From the NCBI GenBank assembly GCA_964609135.1, contig CAZSQQ010000002.1:13349-77348 (forward strand): 64,000 nucleotides of DNA. The letters run 5' to 3'. This document shows, in pieces, positions 28,125 through 38,932 of the stretch. Source of the stretch: an uncultured Candidatus Saccharibacteria bacterium (GTDB lineage: Bacteria > Patescibacteriota > Minisyncoccia > UBA6257 > Colwellbacteraceae). How positions within the stretch are numbered: the first letter of the stretch is position 1; every line of letters starts with the position of its first letter. Made by a program: the position numbers and the translations under genes. Below the pieces are notes generated by a model that made no database searches, had not been told where the DNA came from, and saw nothing but the letters and a program-made list of their open reading frames with translations.

Positions 28125-29447
28125 TTAAGAATGAAGCCTTCTTTTAACCTCATCCGATATCTTGGAGAGGGGCACAACTTCTTGAACGCCGGTTTCCATG
28201 TCGCGAATGATGATGTTGTCTTCGTGGCTTTCCTTTTGTCCAAAGATTAATGCCAGCGGACTCTTAAGCCTGCCGGCCGCCTCAAGTTGAGCCGCGAGAG
28301 AGTTCTTTCCGAGCGCCTCATAAAGAGATATCTTTTCTCGTCTCAATTCTTCGACGAGAGATAAACTCTTTCTTTTCGCCAGTTCACCGACGTAAACCAG
28401 GAAAACTTTCGGTTTCGGCGCCGGGGTTTCATATTTTGACTTCAAAATCTCAATAATTCTCTCCGCGCCGATCGAAACCCCCACGGCCGCAGCTTGCCTG
28501 CCGCCCAACATTTCGGATAAATAATCATACCTGCCGCCGCCAGCAACGGCCAGTCCGCCCTCTTCGCCAAAAATTTCGAAAACGGTTCGGTTATAATAAT
28601 CCAAACCCCTCACTAACTGCGGGTTCAAAGTATAGGGAAGCTTTACTTCGTCCAAGAATTCCAGAACCTGCCTGAAGTGATTCCCGCAAAGAGAACAAAG
28701 ATAGTCCAAAATGCCGGGAGCCGAAGACTTCACCGGCTGGCAGATTTTGTTTTTGCAATCGAGAACTCGAAGAGGATTAATTCCCAGGCGCTCTTCACAA
28801 TCGCGGCAAATCTCTTCGCCCTTGTAATGCTCAAGAAGTTTCCTGCGGTAATTGGCGCGGCAGCTGCGGCAGCCGATACTGTTCACCTGGATGTTCAAAT
28901 TCTTAATCTTCATTTCTTCCAGAAATCGATAAGTCACGATTATCGACTGCGCGTCATAAACGGGATTCACGTCTCCGTCCCCGCTTATGATCTCAAATCC
29001 CAATTGATGGAACTGCCGATAGCGGCCGGCTTGGGGGCTTTCGTGACGAAAGGCTGGCCCCAAATAATAAAGCTTCTGGGGTTGCGGCGACTTGTGAAGC
29101 CCGTGACTGTTGAAACTCCTTATAACCGGCGCGGTCATCTCTGGCCTCAAAGCCAGCTTCATTCCCCCTTTGGTCCGAAGGACGAACATTTCTTTCTCGA
29201 CAATGTCGGTTCCTTGGCCAATGCCTCTCGAGAAAAGCTCGGCGTTCTCCAAAATGGGGGTCTCAATTTTATTAAAGTTGTAAAACTCGGCAATCTCTTT
29301 GGCTTCTTTTTCAAATTTTTCCCAAAGAGGCATTTCTCCCGGCAAAATATCGTGCATGCCCCTCGGCTCCTGTAAAATAAGTTCCGTTGTTGCGGCCTGA
29401 ACCTTGCTCTGGACTCTAGTTTTTACCTTAGATTTCGTTTTGGGCAT
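28125..29447 (-). CDS. hisS: histidine--tRNA ligase
   Basis: PRGM.D, KEMF, LRPE.TA, FRHE.PQ.GRYRQFHQ, LVRGLDYY, GGGRYD. Confidence 0.98.
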   Translation of the reverse strand: MPKTKSKVKTRVQSKVQAATTELILQEPRGMHDILPGEMPLWEKFEKEAKEIAEFYNFNKIETPILENAELFSRGIGQGTDIVEKEMFVLRTKGGMKLALRPEMTAPVIRSFNSHGLHKSPQPQKLYYLGPAFRHESPQAGRYRQFHQLGFEIISGDGDVNPVYDAQSIIVTYRFLEEMKIKNLNIQVNSIGCRSCRANYRRKLLEHYKGEEICRDCEERLGINPLRVLDCKNKICQPVKSSAPGILDYLCSLCGNHFRQVLEFLDEVKLPYTLNPQLVRGLDYYNRTVFEIFGEEGGLAVAGGGRYDYLSEMLGGRQAAAVGVSIGAERIIEILKSKYETPAPKPKVFLVYVGELAKRKSLSLVEELRREKISLYEALGKNSLAAQLEAAGRLKSPLALIFGQKESHEDNIIIRDMETGVQEVVPLSKISDEVKRRLHS

Positions 29448-29982
29448 AGGGCAGAACCTCTATTTTAGTCGGTGGCCAAAACCTCAAACGCACTTCCCCC
29501 ACTATTTCAGAACGCTTGATGGGGCCCAGATTTCTCGAGTCGCAACTCCAGGGACGATTGTCTCCCATCATGAAATACTCACCTTGCCCAAGGGTAAGGG
29601 ACGTGTCAAGACGGTATTGCCAACCGGATGGCAGATATTTCTCCTCAATCGGAGAGCCGTTAATTAAAACCCGGTTGCCGCCGACCTGCACCTTCTCGCC
29701 CGGCAAGCCGATAACTCGCTTTATGTAGTAGCCGGATTCACGGCATTCCTTGCCGTCATGTTTGAAAACCAGAACGTCATAGCGAACCGGGTCGCGGAAC
29801 CTGTAAGTAATCTGGTCAATCAAAAGATAGTCCCCGGTATAAAAACTCGGCTCCATGCTGGCACCATAGACCAAGAAAGGTTGGGCGATAAAACTGTAAA
29901 TGATTTTTATGGAAATAAGCGAGACCAAAAGAATCTCCAAAACTTCCCAAAAAGAGAGAAGAAATTGCCTCATGGGGCGCAT
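29428..29982 (-). CDS. lepB: signal peptidase I
   Basis: G.SMEP, YIKRVIGLPGE, GDNR..S.DSR. Confidence 0.95.
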   Translation of the reverse strand: MRPMRQFLLSFWEVLEILLVSLISIKIIYSFIAQPFLVYGASMEPSFYTGDYLLIDQITYRFRDPVRYDVLVFKHDGKECRESGYYIKRVIGLPGEKVQVGGNRVLINGSPIEEKYLPSGWQYRLDTSLTLGQGEYFMMGDNRPWSCDSRNLGPIKRSEIVGEVRLRFWPPTKIEVLPYAQNEI

Positions 29983-29999
29983 TTTAATACAATCAAACT

Positions 30000-30530
30000 A
30001 TGACCGCAAGCCGCTATAAATTCAGACTGGTTATTGGTTTGGGGAACCCGGGGAGCGAATATGAAAACACTTATCATAACGCGGGGCATCTCCTGGTTGA
30101 TTCTCTCGTTGGGCGACGTTTCCGAAACCTGGAATTCAAAACCGACGGCTCAAAGCTTTTTCAATACTTAAAGAACGGGAGCCTGGTTTATGCCAAATCC
30201 CTGGTTTTTATGAACCAGTCGGGGGAGGCCGTTTTGAAATCAGCCAAATACTTCAAAGTAAAGCCATCGGAAATATTAGTTGTCCATGACGATTCCGATA
30301 TCGCTTTAGGAAAGCATAAGATCTCTTTCTCTTCGCGCTCGGCGGGACACAAGGGCGTGGAATCAATTATTAAATCTCTGGGAACGCGGGATTTTTACCG
30401 CTTGAGAATCGGTATTAGAAAGCGGGCAGGCATGGCCGGGGACTTGGTGCTTGAGAAAATCGCCCAATCCGACAAAAAAGTTCTCAATAAAGTTTTTTCA
30501 GAAATCAAGATTCCTAACCTTGAAACTTAA
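30000..30530 (+). CDS. pth: peptidyl-tRNA hydrolase
   Basis: GLGNPG..Y..T.HN.G, FMN.SG, HDD, GH.G..SI, RLRIGI. Confidence 0.96.
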   Translation: MTASRYKFRLVIGLGNPGSEYENTYHNAGHLLVDSLVGRRFRNLEFKTDGSKLFQYLKNGSLVYAKSLVFMNQSGEAVLKSAKYFKVKPSEILVVHDDSDIALGKHKISFSSRSAGHKGVESIIKSLGTRDFYRLRIGIRKRAGMAGDLVLEKIAQSDKKVLNKVFSEIKIPNLET

Positions 30531-32027
30531 AGTAAAGGCCACCGTGCCGTCAATCTGACCCACGATATTCCCCAGTGGCAAACTGACATCCGAAAACTGG
30601 GGGAGCGCGGCGACATTATTTTTAAATTCAATGGCTGATTCATTATTGTTGGCGTTTCCCACAATCACACCGGCCAGATCCACTCCCGGCAGGTAAATTC
30701 TATCTAAACGAACTTTCGCGCCTCCGACATTATTCAAAGTTTGAAGAATTGGTGAGATATTTTTGTCCTTCTCCTTGGCCTGTTTCACGAAACCGACCGC
30801 CTTATTGAATTCTTCGACCCGGACCTGGAGATCGTTTAACTGGGAGAGGTCCTGCGGCTTCAACTCGATCACGCCGGGTTCTCTCGCATCAGCAATGGTC
30901 TTCCCCAGGAATACATCGGAAGCCGCAAAAACGAGAAGCGTAAATCCCACAACCGTAAGAAGCACACTTCTCCAGAGGCTCACGAAATTAAGAATCTGAT
31001 CCTGGAGGAAAGTTTCCGCAACGCTCACGCTCGTCAGGCTTATATCAAAGTCCCTAACCCGGGGCGTTAGCCCCCTCAAGGCAGCTCCTAAAACCGGATT
31101 TACCAAATCGCTTCCTACGATTCTCACCTCGATTCCCGGAAAAAGCTCCCGAACAATTCCCGCCAATTCTTCCTGAAGCGAGGGAGTTACGACGATCATC
31201 TTCCTAATCTGCCCTCCGAAGCGGCCGGAGTAAAAATTCATGATCTTTTGAGTTTCGGCTCCAATCACCCGCCTTAGGTTCGGAACCGATATTTCCCTTG
31301 CCTCCCCCTGAAGAGAACTCCAAGAATAGGAATAATCAAAATAAAGGTTTCCATTTCTTAAGAGCATAAGATTTAAGCCGTAGGAGCCGACCTCTATGGC
31401 CAAATAGGATTCCTGTTTTTGAACTAAACCCGACGAGTTAAGGCTCCTCACGAGGCTAAGGCTGGAAAACTCCGCCGCCGCGACTCCGAATCCTGCTTCC
31501 CGCAGACTCTCCGAGAGCCTATCAACGAGGACTTTAGGAATAAAGGCTCCCAGGAGTTCAATCTGCCCTCCGTCGGCACTCGTTTCCCCAACCTTCTGCC
31601 ATCCGAAATAAGCCTCGTCTACCGGAATTGGGGAAACCATCCGCGAGTTTAATTCTGCGGCCTGCGCCAAAGACTTCTCCGCCAGTTTGGGGAGACTGAA
31701 AGTTTGAACGAAAACCTCTCTCACGGTGAGGGTTAGCACGACGTCGATAATTTTCTTGGGATCTCCGGATATTTGCGAGTGAACTTCCCTTAGGGCGGAT
31801 ACGAAGTTCGGCTTATCAATGACCTTTCCTCCATCGATGATTCCCGGAGGCAGGCGAAGAAACCCTTCGCGACCGACGCTTCCCGCCTCCAGCACCCCTC
31901 CCATGCCCCTTAAATCGTCTTTGAGTTCAAGATATTGGATGGCAAAATTGCCGACAAAAAGTCCCCCGATGGGCGGCGGGGTAATGAATTTTACAAACTT
32001 TCTCACCAGCTTTTTTATCCCTTCCAT
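30498..32027 (-). CDS. type IV pilus assembly PilM-like protein fused to a PilN-like TM/periplasmic domain
   Basis: LPPGII.GG.V.D actin-like N-terminus, P.PVDEAY..W, single TM, C-terminal F..V.LP...F.LSF. Confidence 0.7.
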   Translation of the reverse strand: MEGIKKLVRKFVKFITPPPIGGLFVGNFAIQYLELKDDLRGMGGVLEAGSVGREGFLRLPPGIIDGGKVIDKPNFVSALREVHSQISGDPKKIIDVVLTLTVREVFVQTFSLPKLAEKSLAQAAELNSRMVSPIPVDEAYFGWQKVGETSADGGQIELLGAFIPKVLVDRLSESLREAGFGVAAAEFSSLSLVRSLNSSGLVQKQESYLAIEVGSYGLNLMLLRNGNLYFDYSYSWSSLQGEAREISVPNLRRVIGAETQKIMNFYSGRFGGQIRKMIVVTPSLQEELAGIVRELFPGIEVRIVGSDLVNPVLGAALRGLTPRVRDFDISLTSVSVAETFLQDQILNFVSLWRSVLLTVVGFTLLVFAASDVFLGKTIADAREPGVIELKPQDLSQLNDLQVRVEEFNKAVGFVKQAKEKDKNISPILQTLNNVGGAKVRLDRIYLPGVDLAGVIVGNANNNESAIEFKNNVAALPQFSDVSLPLGNIVGQIDGTVAFTLSFKVRNLDF

Positions 32028-32055
32028 TCTTGCAGTGAATTTATTGAACTATCAA

Positions 32056-32481
32056 TCAAAAGACAATCTCCTTAAAAGATTGTAGCTTAACATGCCCCGT
32101 TAATGAATCCACTCCCAAAATTGCCTGCACTTTTTTCTTTCTTGAAGAAGACGTCCCGATCGAATTTATGGTGACGACGCCGCCCGCCGAGGCAATGGTG
32201 ACGTCAGCCGTTGACGGCCTTGACCCGACGTTTATTGAATAAGAAGCGGGGCAACCGGTCGTGGGACAATTTTTATAACGAATCACCCGGATAATGGCGT
32301 CGTTCGCTCCCGCTCTGGCCGCGGCCAGGGCCTCCGCTTCAACCCGGCTTCCGAAAATGGTGTTTCCGAGGATGGCGGCCAGGACCACGCCCACGATGGC
32401 GAGTTCCATCACAATCCCCGACATTAGAAGAATGACCGGCAGAGTCGCCGCTCCACTTAACGTTTTAACATCTCGAGCCAC
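32056..32481 (-). CDS. PilX-like minor pilin
   Basis: G^AATLP hydrophobic helix, AL.AA.AG..DA, C...C, I.S.G....KK. Confidence 0.7.
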   Translation of the reverse strand: MARDVKTLSGAATLPVILLMSGIVMELAIVGVVLAAILGNTIFGSRVEAEALAAARAGANDAIIRVIRYKNCPTTGCPASYSINVGSRPSTADVTIASAGGVVTINSIGTSSSRKKKVQAILGVDSLTGHVKLQSFKEIVF

Positions 32482-32535
32482 GTTTTAATCTTATCATAGG
32501 TTCACCCTATGGTTAGCGGTTACCCGCCTCTAGGT

Positions 32536-33147
32536 TTAGTAGGTTATCTGGGTGTGAGGCAGAAGTTTCCCCACACGCTCCCGCTCGATCTCACTAAAAT
32601 TGTTGCTGCCTAACCAAAGCTGCTCCAGAGCCTTGAGCCGGCTCATCTCATCCGGCAAGGTGGTTAGGTCATTATCGGTTAAGTTAAGAATTTTTAGGTT
32701 GGTCAGTTTGGCAATATCGGCCGGGATCGCAGAGAGACCGTTTTGACCTAACCCGAGCTGAACCAAACTCGTTAAGGTAAATAGCTCGGCCGGGAGAACT
32801 TTGAGGTTGTTGGTGCCTAAACGCAAGAATTTAATATTAGTCATTCGAAAGATCCTCGGATCAAAAATTCCGGACATTTTACCGATCAAATTTAACTCGC
32901 AGACCTTATTTTGATTTTTGACAGCTTGGCTAAGCTCCGTATAGACATCCTCCGCTTTGCAAAACCCGGAAATCAAAGAGGCGCTCGTTTGAGGTGGCGG
33001 AACGACGAGGTTAGGAGGAACTACTATGGGGCTCATCTGCTTAACGGGAAAGACCGAAAGATAAACCAGATAACCCAGGCTGGCCAGTATTTCAACTATT
33101 ACAAACAAGACCAGGACAAGTAGAAATATCTTTAGCTTATAATTCAT
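32536..33147 (-). CDS. membrane-anchored leucine-rich repeat protein
   Basis: About five LxxLxLxxNxLxxLP repeats after an N-terminal TM; ATG at 33147. Confidence 0.88.
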   Translation of the reverse strand: MNYKLKIFLLVLVLFVIVEILASLGYLVYLSVFPVKQMSPIVVPPNLVVPPPQTSASLISGFCKAEDVYTELSQAVKNQNKVCELNLIGKMSGIFDPRIFRMTNIKFLRLGTNNLKVLPAELFTLTSLVQLGLGQNGLSAIPADIAKLTNLKILNLTDNDLTTLPDEMSRLKALEQLWLGSNNFSEIERERVGKLLPHTQITY

Positions 33148-33151
33148 ATTT

Positions 33152-35143
33152 CTACTTACTGATTTCAGTAAGTACTCTGCCCTGAACATAATCTGGAATT
33201 TTAATTCCCATAAGCGAAAGTATCGTTGGCATTTGGTCAATATGACTGATATTTTTAGGCAAGCTATAGCCCTTCTTATTAACCCCCGGACCCATAATTA
33301 CAAATGGCGTCTGCATGCCGTTAGTCGCGGGATCATAAGCCTGTTTATTGCCAGAAACGACCGAATCGTAAAACACCTGAAGTTTGGGATTTATGCCCTC
33401 GCTAAAGCCGTAGCCGGGTGCAACCTCGAAAATCAAATCTCCGATCCTGTCTTGTGGCAGCTCCGTAAACTTCGGCGTGTCCTCCCAAGTCATAACTTTG
33501 GCCAAGGCCTTGGTTCCATTATTGTCCTTCAGGGACTCAAGAGTGCTTATAACTTCGCTTCTTAGCTTTTCGTATTCGGGCTCGGAACTTCTCTTATAGG
33601 GACCGGCTAACCCTTGAGGATTGATGTAAATATTGTTAGTCTGCAAATAAATAACTTTGGTGCCCCCCCAATCAATATTAACCTCCCCGGTTTGGTCGTT
33701 TAGGGAATATTTAAGCCAGCCTTTTTCGGCAAAAAGATTATTTAACGCCATGACTCTCGTCTGGAGAATAATGCCGTGGTCGGAACTCAAAACAAATAAA
33801 GTTTTGCCGTCATCGTGCTTCAAGGCCTCCCCGATTATTGCATCCAATCCCTGATACATTTTCAAAACGTCGTTCATGGCCGACTCACTTTTCTCTTTAG
33901 TATAGTCAGGACTTTGGGGGTCGAGATATCTCATCCACCAGCGACTGCTTAACATTTGGTTCGGTGTATATATATCTTGAAGGAAAACGTCAGGGTGATA
34001 TTTCTCAAATATGAAATTTGCGGCATTTTTATGATAGTCCAAGGACATCTGGGACTCCTCCAAGAAAGTTTCCTTGTCCTCTGGTTCGTAAATTAACTGC
34101 GGCGGGAAGTTGTCAACGAAATCAACCATAGGACCCAAGGCCTGGGTCATATCCTTAGCCGCTGTTTCCGGAACGGTTACAAATTTATTCAAGTTATTGT
34201 ACAAAACCCTTATTCGGAACTGTCCGTTATCCCAAACCTTGATGACTTTCAGTTTAACGTTCGAATCATAGGGTTCGTCTTTGTATTTTAGGGTTACCGG
34301 CAGCCAGTTGCTCCATCCTCCTTGGTTCAAAAGCGCGAAAATCTCTCCGGTTTCCTTAAAGGAGAGAGCTATCTTGTCATAATTGGTCTTGTGGTCATTG
34401 GTACTGTCAATAATGAAGGCGAAGGTGTCCAAACCATGAGCCGACATTTTGGCCTTTTTTATGGGACTGTAAGAAGCGACCGTTTTAAAATCAGTGTTGG
34501 TTTTAGAGTCAACGAATTTGGTTAAAGTATCGCCGAAATAGAACAACCTGAAACCCGAGCCTACGCTCTTCAGCTCCGCTTGTTTTTCTTTAGGTTCGAA
34601 AATCAAAGCGGCGTCGTCGGAACCCCAGTTGCCCCACCTGCCTCTTATGGTGATGCCCGACTTCAACTCCGGAGGAGTTGAGCCGGGTATGGATAAAAGC
34701 GCCACCTTTTTGCCAGCATTTTCCAAAACCGTCCAAATCGGAGAAACTTTCTTGGCTACAGACGAAAATCCGCCAACTGACGGTTTCTCTAAAGTTTTAC
34801 CCTCAATTCTCATGGGACCATCGGCAACACCATGAACGCTGGGATGAGCGCCCGTCAAAAGCGAGGCGAAATTGACCGGAGTATGGGACGGGAAGTCCGG
34901 AATGGAGTAACCATAGGAACCGCTATCCATCATTTTTTTGATATTGGGCAGTTTTCCCTCTTCGGCCCATTTATAAACGGTCATCAAATTCTGGTCGGCT
35001 CTCATACCGTCGGGAATAAACCAGTAAAGTTTCTGCGCCTTAGGCGAAAATAAGCTCGGATAGACCAAGACGATTAGCACTAAAAGCGAAAGTAATATTA
35101 CAACTGGATTTTTGAAATACTTGAGAAAGCTAGCCTCGTTCAT
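33152..35143 (-). CDS. alkaline phosphatase superfamily, nucleotide pyrophosphatase/phosphodiesterase type, exported
   Basis: PDGMR, PSHTPVNFASLLTG..P..HG, SDHG, HIDQMPTIL..MG.....QGR. Confidence 0.85.
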   Translation of the reverse strand: MNEASFLKYFKNPVVILLSLLVLIVLVYPSLFSPKAQKLYWFIPDGMRADQNLMTVYKWAEEGKLPNIKKMMDSGSYGYSIPDFPSHTPVNFASLLTGAHPSVHGVADGPMRIEGKTLEKPSVGGFSSVAKKVSPIWTVLENAGKKVALLSIPGSTPPELKSGITIRGRWGNWGSDDAALIFEPKEKQAELKSVGSGFRLFYFGDTLTKFVDSKTNTDFKTVASYSPIKKAKMSAHGLDTFAFIIDSTNDHKTNYDKIALSFKETGEIFALLNQGGWSNWLPVTLKYKDEPYDSNVKLKVIKVWDNGQFRIRVLYNNLNKFVTVPETAAKDMTQALGPMVDFVDNFPPQLIYEPEDKETFLEESQMSLDYHKNAANFIFEKYHPDVFLQDIYTPNQMLSSRWWMRYLDPQSPDYTKEKSESAMNDVLKMYQGLDAIIGEALKHDDGKTLFVLSSDHGIILQTRVMALNNLFAEKGWLKYSLNDQTGEVNIDWGGTKVIYLQTNNIYINPQGLAGPYKRSSEPEYEKLRSEVISTLESLKDNNGTKALAKVMTWEDTPKFTELPQDRIGDLIFEVAPGYGFSEGINPKLQVFYDSVVSGNKQAYDPATNGMQTPFVIMGPGVNKKGYSLPKNISHIDQMPTILSLMGIKIPDYVQGRVLTEISK

Positions 35144-35217
35144 CAATCTAAAAAAAGATTATACTATATCTTTTACAATTATACTACAATGGGTAAATAT
35201 GACTTTACACGTTTCTG

Positions 35218-36669
35218 ATGGAGCCCGTTAATAAAAACCCCTTAGACAATTGGGATATCGGCATTGCCCTAATGTTAAGCGCTGCTTCGGCGTTAATTTA
35301 TGAGAGCGGAGCAATGCAAGTGCTATTTTTCTACTTTACCGAAAGCAGCTACTCGTTAGCGACGGTACTCGGTGTGTTTTTAGGTGGTTTGGGAATCGGA
35401 TCGTTTCTTTTCTATAAACTATCAGACCGTCTCAAAGACAAAAAATTGCTTTTTGGCATGTTGCAGATAGTTACAGCTATTTATGCATTCACCGTTCTAA
35501 CGCGCTTAACGGTAATCATCCCCCAGATATCGCCCTTGGGGGTGTTTCTGGTAAGCTCGGCTATCCTAATAATTCCGGCCATTTTCTTTGGCGCTATTTT
35601 CCCTTTAGCGGCTTCTTTACTTAAGAGGGTTAATCGCGAAACCGTCGGTCTGGTTTATTCAATTGATTTGTTGGGATCCATCGTCGGCGCGCTCACCGTC
35701 GGTTTCCTCGTAATACCGGTTTGGGGAATTACCTTAGCCATGCAGCTTGGCGCCGTTCTTAATCTTGCCTCTGGGGTTTTAGTAATGCCGCGAACCAAAA
35801 AAGTGTTTGCCGCCGCTGTTGCCGCCACTTTCCTGTCCTTAACTACCTTCGGGAATGTTCCTAATCCGTCAGTCGCTGCGCCAAGCGCCAAACCAATTGA
35901 CGGGCAAGCCTACCAAGTCTACGAAAATTCTCCCTATGGCCCAGTCGCGGTTCAGAACGACAATCTCTACATTAATAACCGCTTACAGTGCCCATATAAT
36001 CCTCATCCCGGCACTTCGCAACATGCCATTGTCGGTAACGCCTTGGACCAACTAAAAGATCATCAAAGTCTGAAAGTTCTTAATATCGGGCTGGGCTGCG
36101 GCGGGACGCTCGGTAAAGTCTTGGAGTATCCCAACACTCAAGTTGACGTCGTCGAAATAAATCCGGTGGTTATCAAAATAACCAAACAATTTTCCAATGT
36201 TTTAGAAAACAGCCGGGTCAATTTAATTACCGGCGACGGACTCGAGCTCCTTCGCCAAACCAGCCAAACCTATGATTCAGTGATTATTATCGTTGATAGT
36301 CCGTTGGTGGCTTATTCTTCGCCGCTTTACACCGTTGACGCTTTTAGGTTAGCCGGGAGGGCTCTCGCACCCCACGGCACCCTGGCTCTCTGGAGTTTTG
36401 ACACACTCTTTGATCCGGTTAACGGTCAAGCTGGTACGACTCCCACCCCACCCCGATATAAAGATATCCTCTACTATTCTCTTAAGGAAGTTTTTCCCTA
36501 CGTCTACAAGTACTACAAAGTCTTTGTCGGTTCGAACACAAAGCTGGATCAACCAGAGTATGCCCCGACTACTCCCTACCAGGTTAATACAATTGACCGT
36601 AATACTTTAGCTGGAGCTTACCTGGGTAAATTTAACGAGATCACCGCCACCGATGATCTGGAAAAATAA
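35218..36669 (+). CDS. membrane domain fused to a spermidine-synthase-like SAM-dependent domain
   Basis: About 7 TM (YE.., F.GG.G.GS, G..FP, Y..D..GS..G), then LNIGLGCG, VEINP, GDG. Confidence 0.85.
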   Translation: MEPVNKNPLDNWDIGIALMLSAASALIYESGAMQVLFFYFTESSYSLATVLGVFLGGLGIGSFLFYKLSDRLKDKKLLFGMLQIVTAIYAFTVLTRLTVIIPQISPLGVFLVSSAILIIPAIFFGAIFPLAASLLKRVNRETVGLVYSIDLLGSIVGALTVGFLVIPVWGITLAMQLGAVLNLASGVLVMPRTKKVFAAAVAATFLSLTTFGNVPNPSVAAPSAKPIDGQAYQVYENSPYGPVAVQNDNLYINNRLQCPYNPHPGTSQHAIVGNALDQLKDHQSLKVLNIGLGCGGTLGKVLEYPNTQVDVVEINPVVIKITKQFSNVLENSRVNLITGDGLELLRQTSQTYDSVIIIVDSPLVAYSSPLYTVDAFRLAGRALAPHGTLALWSFDTLFDPVNGQAGTTPTPPRYKDILYYSLKEVFPYVYKYYKVFVGSNTKLDQPEYAPTTPYQVNTIDRNTLAGAYLGKFNEITATDDLEK

Positions 36670-38932
36670 ATTCACGTTACTGCTGGGGTCGCTCTTTTTC
36701 ACCTCAGCCACTATTCTCGCCTCACAAGTCCTCTTGGCCCGGGAATCCCGTGTCGCCTTCGGCTTTGGACTGGAGTTTATTATCTTTTCCTTCGCTATCG
36801 CTGGGGTTGGGTTAGGCGGACTAATTGTTTACTTCAAAAGCCTGAAACGAGATGCCGCCGAAACGGGCCGCTACTTAACCAAACTATTTCCGTTCTTTAC
36901 CATCCTTTCTCTCGTCCCATTTGTGGCGCTTCACTTTCTTCATGCGCCTACCGACTCCTCTCTTGTTAATTTTCTCGGACTATTCTTCTTTCTATCATCA
37001 CTCGCTTTTTATACAGTCGGTGGAATTTTAATTGCCACCATTCTCAAGTACCACGCCGAAAGAGTATCGCTATTATATTTTCTCGATCTTTTGGGCGGGG
37101 CGTTTGGAGCTCTGATTGTTATTTACCTGATGGATTCCTACGGCACAACAGGGACAGCCCTTTTTATTTACGCCGCGGCTCTCATCGCAACAGTGCTTTA
37201 TCTCCTCTATCGGTTTGGCTTCAAGGTTCTAACCCTTGGCGTGGTAGCGCTCTTAGCGATACCGCTCGCCTTACCGCCGGCCGAATCCTTTCAGGTTTCC
37301 TGCCGCTCGGGAAGAGACTCGTTACTAGTTGAATCCAACTCGTTTTCCCAAATTAACATCGATCCCATCTCGCCGGTTGATGCCGCCAGGTCCAAAGAAG
37401 TAATTGGAATTGATTACCAGCCGGGAAAATCAAACTTTAAAATTTTAAATCTTTCTCGTGACTGTAAACCGAGCGTTGCTTACATCCTCAAGTTTAAGGA
37501 GTTGAGTGACGTTAACTTTCTTCTCAAGAGTATCAATAACCTCCCCTACCTATTGCGGGATTACCAACACGTCTTAGAGATTGGTTCCGGCCCTGGTAAC
37601 TGGGTCATTATTGGTGCCTTAAACAAAGTTCCTGATATCACTGCCGTTGAAATCAATCCTTTGGTAATAGATACTTTCAGACGAACGGTTGACTACAATA
37701 TCTATCAAAATCCGTCGGTTAATCTCCAAGTTGTCGAGGGACGCAATTTTGTCGCTTCCTCCAGTAAAAAATATGATCTCATTTTTCTTTTTACCAAGAC
37801 TTACGGCGGCGTGGGCACGGCAGCTTATGCTTTTTCCGAGAATTATCTTTTCACCAAAGAGGCCTACCAATTATATCTTGATCGCTTGAGTCCGCACGGT
37901 GTCCTGGCTATCGCCGGCGATAATTGGTTCCATACCATCTTGACAGAGAATCTGGTGCCGACCCTTTCCTCTCGCGGACTCGATCCCATAAATCATCTGC
38001 TCATTGCGGAAGGACAAAATTATTCGCTGACCTTGGCCGCCAAAGACGGTTTTTCAGCCGCCGAACAAGGTAAGCTCGCCAGTTTCGCTCAACCGCTCGG
38101 CTATCAGCCCAAAATCCTAACTTCTACCAACGTAACACAGTACCTAGCTAAAAATACCGACGTCACCGACGACCGACCTTTTCTCATCAACACCAGCGAT
38201 CTCATCACTAGCCTCGGCAGTTCTAACGCCATCAATATCGGCTCGGAACAAAGCGGTCTCACCTTCCAGTATCTACTTTGGCTTTTGGGATTAACTGCGC
38301 TCGCTTATGCCGCCGTCATTATCCTGCCTTTCCGAAGGGGGGTTCCAGTAAATAAAAATACTGTTTATCTGACGGCTTTCTTTAGTTTAGTCGGTGTTGG
38401 TTTCATTACTTTTGAGTTGAGTCTAGTCCAAAAGTTGGCGCTTTTCTTGGAGCGACCGCAATGGCCGATCTCGGTTGGTCTGGCGGCAATTCTCTTTTTC
38501 GGCGGACTGGGAAGCTTGGTCACTTCCCGAGTGAGGTCGCTGGAACTTCGTCCTTGGGTTAGCCGGGCGGTTTTAGCTCTCTTACTGCTCTCTCTAAGCT
38601 ATCTCTATCTTTTTGATTACCTCTTCACCAACTTCTCGTCACTGCCCGAAGTTTCGAGAATTATCCTAACCGTCTCGGCCTTAGCAATCCCGAGTTTCCT
38701 GGCCGGCATGGTCTTCCCCATTGGCCTGCGCATGACTGCCCTCGTCTCCGTCGCCTTCATTCCCTGGATGTATGCTATCGACGGCGTGACTTCAGTCCTG
38801 GGCGGTGTGGTGAGTAAAATCATTTTCCTGCTTTGGGGTTTTAAGACTGAGTTTATGATTGGAATACTTATGTATTGTCTCGCCCTGCTGGTTTTGTTTA
38901 AAATAAGAATAAATGGAGACCAAACGGCTTAA
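36653..38932 (+). CDS. membrane / spermidine-synthase-like / membrane fusion protein
   Basis: LYFLDLLGG, IGSGPG, VEINP, EGRNF, ENYL.T.EA, TDDRPF, G..FP.GL. Confidence 0.85.
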   Translation: MIWKNKFTLLLGSLFFTSATILASQVLLARESRVAFGFGLEFIIFSFAIAGVGLGGLIVYFKSLKRDAAETGRYLTKLFPFFTILSLVPFVALHFLHAPTDSSLVNFLGLFFFLSSLAFYTVGGILIATILKYHAERVSLLYFLDLLGGAFGALIVIYLMDSYGTTGTALFIYAAALIATVLYLLYRFGFKVLTLGVVALLAIPLALPPAESFQVSCRSGRDSLLVESNSFSQINIDPISPVDAARSKEVIGIDYQPGKSNFKILNLSRDCKPSVAYILKFKELSDVNFLLKSINNLPYLLRDYQHVLEIGSGPGNWVIIGALNKVPDITAVEINPLVIDTFRRTVDYNIYQNPSVNLQVVEGRNFVASSSKKYDLIFLFTKTYGGVGTAAYAFSENYLFTKEAYQLYLDRLSPHGVLAIAGDNWFHTILTENLVPTLSSRGLDPINHLLIAEGQNYSLTLAAKDGFSAAEQGKLASFAQPLGYQPKILTSTNVTQYLAKNTDVTDDRPFLINTSDLITSLGSSNAINIGSEQSGLTFQYLLWLLGLTALAYAAVIILPFRRGVPVNKNTVYLTAFFSLVGVGFITFELSLVQKLALFLERPQWPISVGLAAILFFGGLGSLVTSRVRSLELRPWVSRAVLALLLLSLSYLYLFDYLFTNFSSLPEVSRIILTVSALAIPSFLAGMVFPIGLRMTALVSVAFIPWMYAIDGVTSVLGGVVSKIIFLLWGFKTEFMIGILMYCLALLVLFKIRINGDQTA

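Noticed and set aside
28677-29375. Long antisense ORFs (here, and e.g. 6737..7462, 24924..25460, 47660..48214)
   Set aside because: They are shadow frames opposite well-supported genes and show no recognisable motifs.
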